Source: Octopus sinensis | Lineage: Eukaryota | Direction: 5' to 3' | Assembly (NCBI RefSeq): GCF_006345805.1 | Contig: NC_043008.1 | Span: forward strand, 62,806,001 to 62,870,000 | DNA length: 64,000 bases | Shown here: one piece after another, positions 1 to 12,339 of the stretch | How the letters are laid out: each line of letters begins with the position of its first letter | Numbering within the stretch: position 1 is the first letter of the stretch | Translations under genes and position numbers: made by a program | Notes under the pieces: generated by a model | Databases searched by the model: none | What the model was told of the DNA's origin: nothing | What the model saw: the letters and a program-made list of their open reading frames with translations, nothing else

Positions 1-299
1 CATACATATTTATACAGATATGTACACATATATACACACATGTATATAATATATATAACTATATATATAACGATATCAGTGGTATATAGTGGTTATTGTA
101 TTCGGTGTGGTGCCACACCCAATGCCTCCAAATTTCAAGCAGGTGTATAACAAAAGTTTCCCATTGAGATTTCTTATGAAATTAATGAGTAAGGTTAGTT
201 TTTATAATGAATTTGCCACTTTCGATGGGTATGCAGTGCACACATAAGTCACCTGAAGTATACGCCTCTGAAATATATATATGTATATATATATATATA

Positions 300-575
300 T
301 ATATTATATAAAATCCATTCTGTTTGTCTGTCTGTGTGTCTTCTCGGATCTTGAGCATCCTCCATCCGATTGCACTCAAATTTGATATGTAGATTCCGAT
401 GGTATCAAGGCATGTACAAGTCTTGGAAAAATTACAAAAATCGATTCCAGGTGAGAATGCGATCAATAAAGCCGTTTTTGTCCTGCTTTTCTTCCGTCAA
501 ACCTGTACATAACTGCACCTTCCATTTTTTGTTGTTTTTGTACTGCTTAAAGGCACGTTTCTTTACTGCCAAGCT
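300..575 (+). mobile_element. Possible non-autonomous Helitron-like element, 5' portion (degenerate)
   Basis: TATATAAAA, then a short (GTCT)n tract and CCGATT...AAATTTG. This layout resembles the 5' ends of non-autonomous Helitrons/HINEs. No 3' hairpin or CTRR end identified. Confidence 0.25.
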
Positions 576-577
576 TA

Positions 578-790
578 TTGTTGATGATGGTGATGATCAA
601 GATAAATGTTAAGATTATGATGATGATTATGATGATGATGATGATGATGATGATGATTATGGTGATGATGGTGAACATGATGTTAAATGTTATGATGGTG
701 ATAATGATGGTGTTGATGATCATGATGATACATGTTATGATGATGCTGGTGATTGCGGTATATGATGACGACAATGATGACAAAGATGCC
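578..790. repeat. Imperfect (GAT)n microsatellite
   Basis: Directly visible; it explains the poly-M and poly-I ORFs. Confidence 0.95.
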
Positions 791-1129
791 GATGAGATTT
801 GTCAGCGATATAAGGCTATTTATCAGATATACCTCAAAATACTTATGCCTATTTCAACCAGTAAATATTATCTAACAAAATCAACCTATATAGAACAGTG
901 TTTATTTTGTATCCCTTTGGTCTAAAGTATCTATGGCTACTAGATTTTTCTTTAAGCCTCTATAACAGATCAGATTCATCTCCCCTTGACATAATCACCT
1001 CCCTACCTCATTAATTACCTTCCCTCATCTCTCTGACTAGGATCACCTTACACTATCGCATCTGCTCTCCCTCAGTGATAGGAACATTTTAAGGCCTTCA
1101 CCTTACAAGCTTCGAGATGATTACCACAA

Positions 1130-1420
1130 CTGATGGTGCAACAAAAACAAAATGATGTACAAGCCGTAAAATGGATGGCATTTGAAAGGAGATCCATCCA
1201 TAGAAACCACACAAAAGTAGTCATTGGTGTAAAATGCAGTTCTTTAAATTGTCAGATCATTAAAATACTGTCCTGTCAATACCAGCATGGAAGCCAGTCA
1301 TTAAATCACAACGATGATGACGCTGGTGATGATTATGGTAGTGGTGGTGGTGGTGGTGGTGGTAAGGTTGATAAGGATGTTGATGATGGTAATGGTAATG
1401 ATGATGAGGAGGAGGAGGAA
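1130..1420 (+). mobile_element. Degenerate family-E SINE 3' part with (GAT)n/(GGT)n tail
   Basis: CCAGCATGGAAGCCAGTCATTAAAT followed by GAT repeats resembles the family-E tail at 58565-58940 and 42515-42700. Confidence 0.55.
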
Positions 1421-2169
1421 AGAGGGCGCTGGTGATTTTTCAAGAAGTTAGATGATTCTTCAACATTTCCTTGCATTGCTATTTTTGTTGGCAAACGAAT
1501 TGCAAAAATTCAGTAATTTTTATTCTTCATTTACAACTTCTTTGCGTGTGGCTTCCTGTGCAGGTTTTGGTTGAAACAGTGAAGCTGATACCGTTGCCAA
1601 AGAAATGGTTTTGAGAGGAATCTCCTACTTGGAATTGTGTAATACTGTTTGTTTTTTTAGCAAACCAATAAATACTAACCATTAGAATTTATTGGTTTTG
1701 GTTGAAAAAATTTAACTTCATTTGTTGCTTGGGCTATCGTTAGGCATACTTGGACTTGTTTAATAATCTTATTAACAGAGGTTTTGAAACAAAACAATAC
1801 ATTCTCCCAGCAGACATTGAACATTTTACTAAATTATATTAACCTAACAAATTAAAAATTTTAATCCTGTCAGACCACATGCAGAGTCCTATAGAAACAC
1901 TTAAATAAATTAACCTCTCATATACAGATTAGTGATTCGAATTTTTATGCTTGCTTTTAGATTTATTTCATTATATCTGAGTCGAGTGAATCACCTTTCA
2001 TTATAACAATTACTACAAATTAATATTAAGCACAAAAATCCATGTACCGTCATTGAATCACCCAGCTTTCTACTCAGACCCAAAGTTTTGCAGGTTCTAA
2101 ATTCCATCATAATATTGAATATTGATAGCAGTATGTAATTTTCAAACTTTATGTTAAATTTTTATTTAT

Positions 2170-2446
2170 GTGCCCTTCTCAAGCCTAGCCAGGCTCATGG
2201 GCCCAGGTTCCTGGTTTCTCTGGCATATGTGTTCCCCACAGCTGTTACTCAAGAAACAGGAAAAAAGACTGAGAGAAAGTGGGGGTGAAAGAGTACAACA
2301 TGGGTCACCACCACCCCCTGCTGGAGCCTCATGGAGCTTAGGTGTTTTCGCTCAATAAACACATACAACGTCCAGTCTGGGAATCAAAACTGCGATTCTC
2401 CGACTGCGAGTCTGCTGCCCTAACCACTAGGCCATTGCGCCTCCAC
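2170..2446 (-). mobile_element. tRNA-derived SINE, family C head + tail X
   Basis: Reverse complement begins GTGGAGGCGCAATGGCCTAGTGGTTAGGGCAG (A box) and has a B-box-like GTTTTGATTCC. Near-identical to 35066-35369. Confidence 0.9.
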
Positions 2447-2449
2447 AAA

Positions 2450-2723
2450 TGTGCCCTTTTAAAGCCTAGCCAGGCTCATGGGCCTGGTTTCCTGGTTTCA
2501 GTGGTGTATGGATGGGACGCCAGTCCATCTGGATGGGACGCCAGTCCATCTGGATGGGATGCCAGTCCATCACAGCGTTACTCATTTTTGCCAGCTGAGC
2601 AGACTGGAGCAATCTGAAATGAAGTGTTTTGCTCAAGAACACGTGTTGCCCAGTCCAGGAATCGAAACTGCAATCTTACAATCATGATGCTAACACCCTA
2701 ACCACTAAGCCACGTGCCTCCAC
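2450..2723 (-). mobile_element. tRNA-derived SINE, family D (CORE-like centre) + tail X
   Basis: Head GTGGAGGCACGTGGCTTAGTGGTTAGGG; centre TTGAGCAAAACACTTCATTTC...CTCAGCTGGCAAAAATGAGTAA. Matches the copies at 56307-56806. Confidence 0.9.
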
Positions 2724-2769
2724 AATTTTCAACTTAGTTATAAAAAAATTTCGACTAAAGGAATAAGGC

Positions 2770-3325
2770 TTAAATCTTTGGGGCAAAGGGTTACTCAATT
2801 ACATTAATCCCAGTGTTCAACTTGAAGTTATTTCCTTGACCTCAAATGTCTGTGTTCTTTTTAGGTAAAGTTAATTTCTCAAGCCCTGCCAACTCATAAG
2901 GGCCAGTTTCCTGGTTCCATGGTGTATATATTCCCCACCTGGTTGGGAGGCCAGTCTGTTGCAGGATAACTAAGCTGGGTGAACTAGAGCAACATGAAAT
3001 TAAGTACTTTGCTCAAGAACACAAAGCATGGCCCAATCCAGGAATCAAAACCACAGTCTTATGATCATGGCTCTAACACCCTAACCATTAAGCCACATGC
3101 CTCTACTGACTTCAAAGGGGTGAAAGGTAATGTTGACCTCAGTGAAATTTGAACTTAAAGCATACAGCTGGAGATCCCACTGTTCAATTAATATTTATTT
3201 TATCAATGTTAAAAGGATGAAACGTAAGGTCAAATTTGGTGGCATTTTAACTCAGAAAGTAGAACAAGAAATATGCCGCTAAGCATTTTGTTTGGTGTGC
3301 TAATGATTCTTACAACTCACTACCT
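2770..3325 (-). mobile_element. Degenerate family-B SINE(s) interrupted by a family-D SINE (about 2862-3105)
   Basis: B motifs (GAAAGGTAATGTTGACCTC, TTTGAACT, GCTAAGCATTTT) flank a D copy ending CTAACCATTAAGCCACATGCCTC. Confidence 0.75.
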
Positions 3326-3809
3326 TACCAACTTATAATACTTGCAAAATTCATGTTAACACACCTGAGATCAACCCTGGTTCTATGACACAAATGTCTT
3401 ATCTTAAAGGGATCAAAATTAATCTCCTTCCTCCCGCTTTCAAAATTTTATTTTATTTCATTATTTTAAAACATCACTTTAATACTGACAGTTGTTTTAA
3501 GTAAATTCTTCTTAATTGGTAGATACACGTTAACAAAAATGTTAAACAATGTTAGCACAGTTAGGTTTTGGTCAAGTTACATAGTCATAACTTGTATTAA
3601 TTTCATGTCTTTGCCAACTTCACAATAAACATTAAACATCATCATGCTAGTTTTATCACTTAATTACATCCCAATAACCTATTCTCAGATACAGAATGCT
3701 AAAGCCCTTAAAAAATTATGCAAATTACTCTCAAATGTGTAACATTTAACATTTTTACCGTAAACTGTTAATCTTAGTATGTAATGCATTATGCCTTGTT
3801 GGTAGTCTG

Positions 3810-4241
3810 TTGGTGTCCGATGAAGACAAAGTTTGTTTTCTTAATGATGAGAGTGCATGTAACTCTGCAATCCAGAGATGGAAGTACACAGGCACCCACA
3901 AGTGTCACAATGATAGTCTGTTGTATGGATTGAAGTGGATGCTGCCCTGTGATATCTATCACTTGCAGCAGCAAGATCCCATGCTGTTCAAGAATTTGGA
4001 CCTGGAGATCTCCGTTTCCAGTGACTTCGAGGGCCACCTCCCAGTGGTGTCGGGTGTCAACGAAGAGCCCTTCACTACAACAAGACGACCAAAGTTTTTT
4101 TTTTCCAAGGTCTGGGGTCTCCTGCCCATGAGCTCTAGACCATCACCTTATTTACCTTTACCCGTCATGTTGGTTAACAATGACAACAACAAAAGCAAGA
4201 TCCCATTACCAGTCCTCTCCAAAGGCAACTGCTGCTCATGA
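3810..4241 (+). pseudogene. GC-richer 143-codon ORF, probably a decayed LINE ORF1/gag-like remnant
   Basis: Only long non-microsatellite, non-SINE ORF outside the mariner and RLE LINE. Around 4015-4070, merging two frames gives P-V-T-F-E-G-H-L-P-x-C-R-V-x-N-E-E, which resembles the motif entering the CCHC knuckle of L1/Tx1 ORF1. No clear splice sites. Confidence 0.3.
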
Positions 4242-5112
4242 GGTGGGAGGCCTCCAAGCTGACCCCGTCTGTGGCAGAGGCTTCACATTCACATAGACAG
4301 ATACTGCTCCATTATGCAGTTATTATTAATTCACTCCATGTGCTATTATAAATCTTCAGCAATGATATCACCATTGCTAGCTTTCTTTACTTTCTCTATT
4401 AATCATACATTAACAGCAGAAACATCAATTACAGCTATAATAAGACTACTTAATCTTTATATCACTGGCCAAATCATTTCAGGTATAAATTTGTATTTAA
4501 AAAAAATGAATCAATTTAAGACATTTTCCATTGGCTACAGTGAGCTAATGAGCTTGGCTCAGTAAATTCTTATTGAATGAGTGCTAATAAATATTCCATC
4601 CTTGATCAGTTGCTAACCTTTCACAAAAGCTTATCTGATTGATAGTGGTACTGCTATACACATGGACACACTACATTAAATTGTGATGTAGCCCACCGAA
4701 CTAATTGCCAAACATTTAAACAATCATTACGTCTCAGCCATCAAATTTATAGACACAGTGTTTCTTCTCTGCATCTTCTGCCAATTCTATTATGGCACCT
4801 GCTCCTCCGAAATAGCTAACTGCAGACTTTCTCATTCAAGGCCTCTTATACATATGCATGCATATACATAAACACACGCATACACACACACATAACACAC
4901 ACACACACACACACACAAAATAAGTTGGCAAATAATATTTTCCTAATTCTCAATTTTAATATGTATTTTGAGTAACATACAACAGCAAATGTGATCTCAT
5001 ATTGAACTGTAATAATAGAATAAACAGACATGCTTCAAGGGGAAAGAGCTGGAATTTATCCTAGCCATCTATAAAATACATATACATATATACATACATA
5101 CATGTATGTATA

Positions 5113-5615
5113 GTGGAGGTGCAATGGCCTAGTGGTTAGGGAAGCGGACTCGCGATTGTAGGGTCACAGTTTTGATTCCCAGACCATGCATTGTGAGTGT
5201 TTATTGAGCGAAAACACCTAAAAGCTCCACGAGGCTCCGGCAGGGGGTCCTGTACTCTTTTGCCCCAACTTTCTCTCACTCTTTCTTTCTGTTTCTGTTG
5301 TACCTGTATTTCAAAGGACCAGCATTGTCACACTGTGTGTCATGCTGATTCTCCCCGAGAACTACATTAAGGGTATACATGTCTGTGGAGAGCTCAGCCA
5401 CTTGCACGTTAATAAATGAGCCACGACATCACTGGTGCCAAGCTGTATCAGCCCTTGCCTTTCTCTTGGATAACATCGGTGGCATGGAGAGGTGGGGGCT
5501 GGTATGTGTGGGAGACTGCTGGTCTTCCATAAACAATCATGCCCAGACTTGTGCCTCGGAGTGTAACTTTCTAGGTACAATCCCATGGTCATTCATGACC
5601 GAAGGGGTTCACAAC
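5113..5615 (+). mobile_element. SINE, family C head + body Y + long tail
   Basis: Head GTGGAGGTGCAATGGCCTAGTGGTTAGGG as at 2170-2446. Body TTCAAAGGACCAGC...GCTCAGCCACTTGCACGTTAAT is shared with 17384-17703. Confidence 0.9.
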
Positions 5616-5840
5616 ATGTATGTATTTATAAATATATATATAATTTGCAGGATTCAATTGAATCACAGTATTTTGATATTAGGTAGAGGAAAAAGTTTGT
5701 GTGCTGTGTTAAAATAATGCTTTTTTTTATATTTTTGTGGTGTGTATGTTCATTCAGTTCATTATTTTAACACGGCACACAAACATTTTCCTCAAACTAG
5801 TAATATGGACACCAAGTTAAGATCTAGAATAGCATGTCTC

Positions 5841-6246
5841 ACTTTACTCTTTTTCTCTTTCACTTGTTCAGTCATGTGACTGTGGCCATGCTGGAGCACC
5901 ACCTTTAGTTGAGCAAATCGACCCAGGACTTATTCTTTGTAAGCCTAGTACTTATTCTATTGGTCTCTTTTGTCGAACTGCTAAGTTACAGAGATGTAAA
6001 CACACCAGCATCGTTTGTCAAGTGATGTTGGGGGGAACAAACGCAGACACACAAACATACACACACATATATATACACATATACGACAGGCTTCTTTCAG
6101 TTTCCATCTACCAAATCCACTCACAAGGCTTTGGTCAGCCCAAGGCTATAGTAGAAGATGCTTGCCAAAGGTGCCATGCAGTGGGACTTAACCTGGAATC
6201 ATATGGTTGGTAAGCAAGGTACTTACTACACAGCCACTCCTATGCC
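5841..6246 (-). mobile_element. Family-A tRNA SINE, full length, internal (TA/TG)n
   Basis: Head GGAGTGGCTGTGTAGTAAG; body GGCACCTTTGGCAAG...GTGAGTGGATTTGGTAGA; purine-rich AAAAGAG tail. More than 15 related copies in the window. Confidence 0.92.
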
Positions 6247-6464
6247 TGTGTATCAACAGTATACATGGAGACTGACATATTTGTTACTGTATATACGAAC
6301 TTCTCTTGCTACTTAAATGCACATACACATGAACAGATCGATATACTGATTGATATAACTATATATGTATATGTAAAAATCCCATACAGACATACTCCAG
6401 TATACAGTTTCATGGTTCAATGTAAGTTGCAGACCCAAAACAGGCAAGGTTCCTGGTAGGGTGT

Positions 6465-6650
6465 AAAGTAAGTGAGAAAACAAATGGGTTAAATGTTCAC
6501 TACAGCTGTTTCAGATGCATTTTGTATTGATAAACAATTCAATTACATCATGAAACATCACTTTCCATGATGTAATTGATTTGTTCATCAATGCAAAATA
6601 TGTCTGAAACAGCTGTGGTGAACCTCAAACCATTTGTATTCTTACTTCTA
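6465..6650. mobile_element. Fold-back element with GAAACAGCTGT in both arms (Penelope-like remnant, degenerate hammerhead)
   Basis: Arms about 6470-6555 and 6563-6648 are imperfect reverse complements. Confidence 0.7.
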
Positions 6651-6714
6651 TATGTATGTGTGTGTGTGTCTGTGTGTGTATATCTTGTCAATTGGGGAGT
6701 ACAACTGTCACTAC

Positions 6715-6756
6715 ATAATCCTGATGATTGTGTAAAGCATGAAAGTACTAGTTTAT
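6715..6756 (+). ncRNA. Minimal type-I hammerhead ribozyme-like motif
   Basis: ATAATC-CTGATGA-TTGTGTAAAGCAT-GAAA-GTAC-TA-GTTTAT. Core intact, stem I pairs 5/6, palindromic stem III, weak stem II. Confidence 0.5.
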
Positions 6757-6764
6757 TTCATTGA

Positions 6765-6785
6765 TTAACACGCACACACACACAC

Positions 6786-6863
<78 letters not shown>

Positions 6864-6945
6864 TACATATACATACATACATGCATACACATATATGTAT
6901 ATATATATATATATGCATGTATGTATATACATATATATGTAGTAT
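6765..6945. repeat. (CA)n/(TA)n compound microsatellite
   Basis: Directly visible. Confidence 0.95.
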
Positions 6946-8794
6946 ATTTTTTATTACGTTTTCTTGTAAATACCCCTCTGTATTTCAGGGTTCTACTTTC
7001 TTTCTTCTTTCCACTTCTTTTACTCATACAATCTGCTCCTTCAATTCCTCTTTCTTTCATTTGTCTCTATCTTTTACTTTCAGTTCACTTCACTACCTGT
7101 TTTACGTGTTTTCTTAATTAACTACTCTCTCTCTGTCACTCTATCTCTCTCTTTCACGCTATCTAATTCCATTTCTTTATAATGATTTCTCTCTCTCTTG
7201 TTATTTCTTAGCTGCTTCTTTCTCCTTCGACGTTCCTACAGCATGACAGAAAGAAGGAAACCAGCCAACAAGATAGGGGCACAAAGTTTTTTGATTTATA
7301 TTATATATATATACAGAAAACACAGTCATACACACATAGAAACATACCAAGACATAAATATATGCACATATATGCACACATCCATACAACCACATAGATA
7401 TATTGATTAAATGCTTGACCAAATTTTCTTTCAATCAATGGTTGTTATGATACAGACCCAAGAACATTACCAAATCTTGAACTTATTAAAAGTAACTTTT
7501 TATCATTACACACATGCACACATAGAAATACAGGATTAAACATTTATTGGTGCCATTTGTTACTCAAACGATAATTTGCGGAAATCAATATTATTGTCAC
7601 CTATAGAGAATAATTCATGTTGTATAAAACTTTTCTATTATTTAATGTAAAATGTCTTTACTGTTTGTACTTTATAAAAAGCTCATTTCCCTTAGAAATA
7701 TATTGCAGTTCAGGAGTTATTCTGAAATCAATTATAACTTCTTAGTAGTTTTGATTTGAGCTTAATATTGCAAAGTTGCTCAATTGTTTCATGGCATTGT
7801 TTTGTGATTTTCTTTAGTTGTAAATTTTTCTATTCTGAAAAGGTTGAGTTCTATGATGACCCCATAAACTGACGACTATAACCTAGACACTAAAATGATA
7901 AACTTTTGCAATAGGGTAGATTTATTGCACAGTTTGGCATCAGTGGTTGAGGAGGTCAAGTTCTCTTACAAATCTCTGATATATTCTGCCTAAATAGATG
8001 TTGGAATTTGTTTTTCTTTTATTTATTTTAATCTAAGACAACTTAGTGTGAGATAAATTGATAACATCACACCAAGCAAAACAATATTATAAAAAAAAAT
8101 TTCCCATTTGCTGTAGCTAGATTTTGTCTTTGAGATTAAGAAATATAATAAAATTTCTTGGCTCATGTAATAAATAAGATTTTGTCTGTTAGACTAAATT
8201 ATGTAATAAAAATTCCTAATTGTTGTAATAAATATTTTTGTTTTTCGTGATAGATGATGAAACTTTAATTTGCTTTGATAGGCATCATAAAATATTTTCT
8301 TTGTTATTTCGACTAAACTTTCAAAGAGATATTTTCAAACTCTTAAGATATTCATCAGAATATGTAATTTCACATAAATTTTCTGTCATAATAACATATT
8401 TTAGTGTTGATTTAAATAAATAAATCACCTCAATTTTAATCATTAAAATTTCTTGTCCAAATTTTCTGCAATGTGTGCTAATACATTGGTCTGTACTGAC
8501 AGGTCAGACAATCTCTTTGTTTGTCATTAAATAATTTTCGTATCACCAACATCTCACAAATGTGATATGTGCATTTTTGGGTGGGGGGTGGGGCTTTATT
8601 TTCTACACTTTTTTTCTGTATGCCACATTAAAAATTTTCATAATACTAAAACTTATGATTTAAAGTTGTTTTGTAATTCTGCTTTTGGTCACTTCAGCTG
8701 TAAACCAGGATTGACAATGCACAAGAAAGTATATTATATAATATTATCCATAATGGCACGACAGGATAACTGTGCAAACATCATTGCAATTCAT

Positions 8795-9170
8795 TATCAT
8801 TGTTGTTGTTGTCATCGTCGTTGTCACCACCACCACCACCACCACTACCAACACCACCACCATCACCACCACCACTACCAACACCACCACCATCATCATC
8901 ATCATTATTTAATATCCATGTTTCTATGCTTCATCAGTCACTGAGAACACACTTCGTTGTGATATATCTTCTATAGCTGGATACCCTTTCTGACGTGAAT
9001 CGTCACCTGTTTCCATTCAAGATTATATTTTTAATCTTCCCATAGCCAGACAAGGTTTTTTTCTTTTTTTTACAGAAGAAGGGAAATAAACAACATCAGT
9101 TATATGACAGTGACGTTCATTTACAACTATCACTTGAAGTCAAAACAGAGCAAATACAAACATAGACACA
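8795..9170 (-). mobile_element. Degenerate family-E SINE with (CAC/CAT)n tail
   Basis: CATCAT tail, GCTGGATACCCTTTCT and TATGACAGTGACGTTCATTTACAACTATCAC are shared with 26040-26430 and 40000-40235. Confidence 0.6.
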
Positions 9171-9172
9171 GC

Positions 9173-9247
<75 letters not shown>

Positions 9248-9405
9248 GTCTGTATAAAGAATATGAGGAATTTAGTTCACTGATGGTCTACATGAATAGG
9301 TACGCTGTGTAAATACTATAATATGTTCATCCATTAGGTTCCAGGTTCACAGCTGAAACTGGAGCTAGGGATCCCTTGTAGGCATTTATGTTGGCAGGTA
9401 TATAT

Positions 9406-9716
9406 CATATTAGAGGGAAATAATGAAAAACCAAGGCTGAATGAGTATTTCAAGTCATTTAGAATAATTGAATTAGGGTAAGGTTAATTTGAAGACTTAC
9501 AGCTGTTTCTGGGATATCTATTTCTAGAACTTTCATACATACTCACCTTGTCTCTGATGACGGAATACCCAGTGTACGGACAAGCTAGCCTATCACTTGG
9601 AATATCCCAGAAACAGCTGTAAGGGATCAAATTCACTTTAACTTAATTAAATTATTCTAAATGACATGAGATTCTCGTCCTGCCTTATTTGTGTTGTCCT
9701 TTTTCCTCTAATATGA
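9406..9716. mobile_element. Fold-back Penelope-like element containing a hammerhead motif
   Basis: Imperfect inverted arms about 9406-9517 and 9602-9716; both carry ATATCCCAGAAACAGCTGTAAG. Confidence 0.75.
9551..9625 (+). ncRNA. Type-I hammerhead ribozyme-like motif (GUA cleavage triplet)
   Basis: TCT-CTGATGA (9554-9560), long imperfect stem II, GAAA (9610-9613), palindrome CAGCTG, TA, then AGG. Confidence 0.6.
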
Positions 9717-9777
9717 CATATATGTATGTATTTATGTATGTATGTATGTATGTATGTAATTTATGTGTGTATGTATG

Positions 9778-9820
<43 letters not shown>

Positions 9821-10019
9821 TAATATATAAATATATGCATAATGGGTAGAGGACATCAAAAAAACGTTGAACACAATGAGAAACGAAAGCATAAAAACAA
9901 AAACATAGAAAACGAACTTTGTTTTTGAACAACGAAAATAAACAGAGAAACGAGACATGCAGCATAAAGAATATTCCCCTTCTTCAGTTGTCTCTGTTTC
10001 ATCTACTCCGCATTTCGAG

Positions 10020-10025
10020 ATAGAC

Positions 10026-10077
<52 letters not shown>

Positions 10078-10117
10078 GGATAGATAGATAGATAGATAGA
10101 TAGACAGATAGATAGAC

Positions 10118-10186
<69 letters not shown>

Positions 10187-10190
10187 TATA
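10020..10190. repeat. (GATA)n/(GACA) microsatellite
   Basis: Directly visible. Confidence 0.97.
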
Positions 10191-10213
10191 CATATATATA
10201 CATACATATATAT

Positions 10214-11262
10214 TGTTGTGGTTCAATTTGAGGACAGTTGACGGCGACCTACATTTGGCAATGAATCCATTGTTCTGCCAGATGCGGGTTGATTAATTGG
10301 CTCTGGGGAAGCTCCCCGACCCTGTCAGGTGAATTAGAGTTCAGTGTGTGAGAGACAGTGAGAGAAATGTTGAGTGAGAGGATGAAGGGCTGAGAAAGAC
10401 AGATTAAGGAATCTGGGAGCTGTCATGAGAGATGACAGTAGAGTGAGAGAGGATGAGGGGCAGAGGAAGACCGGCAGAGAGTATTGCAGAGCTAAGAGAG
10501 AGAGAGTGATTGCGACAGAGCTAAGAGATATTGGGGGTAGTGACAGAGCAAGAGGTTTTTGGGCAGTCGGTATTTGGTGGTCAAGGCGAGCGGTTGGATT
10601 TAGGAGTGAGGATTTGGAATTCAAGGCAAGAGGTTAGCAAGTTGGATTTAGCAGTGCTAAGAGAGATGGGATACAGTATGAGACATTGGCTATTATAGTA
10701 GGAACGCCCGGTAAAGTTTTGTTTGTGTTTAATTATGTTTTGATATGTGAAGAAAAAGAAGGAAAGAGTTGTGGTATTTATGTAAAAAGAATTGTATTGA
10801 TACGTGTTACGAAAAAAGAGAAAGAAGAAAAAGAGAAGGAAAAAGAATCGATGTATTGAAATGTAAAAGAAATGAGACATTAAAAAAAAAAAGAACAATG
10901 TGAACTGTTGTGAATTGAACATTGATTTGTAACGTGAACTTATTTGTCTACGAACATTGTATATGCCTTTAATGTGTTTTGAAACAGAACTGTTGTCTCC
11001 AGACAGTTTAAATGCTTTGATGTGTTGATTCTGTTACTTGCTTGTATTTACCTGATGTATCTTGATATGTAATTGATGTTGTAACAATTGTAATAGTCAT
11101 ATAAACTAGTTGTTAAATGTGAGCCAATTGCCTTGCCCTCTTTGTGTTGCCTCTGTGTCTCTTCCTGCGGCTGTTGTTGTAGTTGTTGTCTCTCTCTCTC
11201 CTCTCCGAGTTTCCGTGGCGAACTTTCCCATTCGACCGAGCGACGGCAGGTGGTCCGTAACA
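10214..11262. mobile_element. Solo LTR (probably Ty3/Gypsy), 1049 bp
   Basis: Starts TGTTGTGG and ends CCGTAACA (TG..CA with imperfect inverted termini). Flanked by ATAT at 10210-10213 and 11263-11266. Composition differs from the flanks. Confidence 0.7.
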
Positions 11263-11266
11263 ATAT

Positions 11267-11679
11267 TCTCTTTTACTCTTTTACTCTTTTATTTGTTTCA
11301 GTCATTTGACTGCGGCCATGCTGGAGTACCGCCTTTAATCGAGCAACTCGACCCTGGGACTTATTCTTTTGTAAGCCCAGTACTTATTCTATCGCTCTCT
11401 TTTGCCAAACCGCTAAGTAACGGGGACATAAACACACCAGCATCGGTTGTCAAGCAATGCTAGGGGACAAAAACGGACTCACAAACACACATACGCATAT
11501 ATATACATACATATATACGATGGGCTTCTTTCAGTTTCCGTCTACCAAATCCACTCACAAGGCTTTGGTCGGCCCGAGGCTATAGTAGAAGACGCTTTCC
11601 CAAAGTGCCACGCAGTGGGACTGAACCCGGAACCATGTGGTTGGTAGACAAGCTACTTACCACACAACCACTCCTGCCC
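11267..11679 (-). mobile_element. Family-A SINE, full length, well preserved
   Basis: Same head, body and tail as the other A copies. Confidence 0.93.
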
Positions 11680-11952
11680 CTATATATACATAAGAGTAAT
11701 GGTAAATGGAAGTAAATGCTCAAGATGTTTTTAAATTATTTGTATCACCATATCACCAACATATGTTTCAATTCATACATTATAGCAAATCCGAGAGGAA
11801 GAATAATGTGGAATAATGTATCAATCTCATCAGGAAAGAGATTATAAACAATAGTGCTCATTAATATGCCATTTTTACAGATATAAGAAACTATAATATA
11901 TAATATATGAAAAACAAAGGTGCATAGGGTACGCTAGTAATTTTAAAATACC

Positions 11953-12181
11953 TATTTCTTTACTACCCACAAGGGGCTAAACACAGAGAGGTCAAAGGAC
12001 AGACAAATGGATTAAGTCGATTATATCGACCCCTGTGCGTAACTGGTACTTATTTAATCAACCCCGAAAGGATGAAAGGCAAAGTTGACCTCGGCAGAAT
12101 TTGAACTCAGAACGTACTGGCAGACGAAATACTGCTAAGCATTTCGCCCAGCGTGCTAACGTTTCTGCCAGCTCGCCGTCT
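11953..12181 (-). mobile_element. Family-B SINE (Meta/MESC-like core) with 15-bp TSD
   Basis: Core GAGGTCAACTTTGCCTTTCATCCTTTCGGGGTTGATTAAATAAGTACC on the minus strand. TAATTTTAAAATACC is duplicated at 11938-11952 and 12182-12196. Confidence 0.93.
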
Positions 12182-12339
12182 TAATTTTAAAATACCGTTA
12201 AGAAATTTGACATCATAGGTCGAGAGAAGAAGAGCAGGAAGGGAGAAAGAGAATTGAAGGAGGAATGGAGGTATAAACAAATAGAACTATTGAAGAGGTT
12301 GCAAGAAGCAATGAAAATTTTAGAAAAAAAGATCAAATA

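Noticed and set aside
578-925. Poly-Met ORF, and the poly-His, YI, CV and YLSI ORFs elsewhere in the track
   Set aside because: These are translations of (GAT)n, (CAC)n, (TA)n, (TG)n and (GATA)n microsatellites.
1564-1614. Possible terminal exon VLVETVKLIPLPKKWF* after TTCCTGTGCAG
   Set aside because: Too short, no recognisable homology and no upstream partner in the window.
5113-5185. tRNA genes at SINE heads
   Set aside because: A/B boxes are present but there is no complete acceptor stem, and each continues into a SINE body.
6022-6213. Recurrent peptide family ...YQIHSQGFG.PEAIVEDTCPRCH.VGLN.EPCGW
   Set aside because: It is the antisense reading of the family-A SINE head, not a multigene protein family.
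9850-10019. CTGAAGA and GAAA elements on the minus strand
   Set aside because: The order is permuted and I could not fold a complete hammerhead. Probably a Penelope-like end, but not supportable as a ribozyme.
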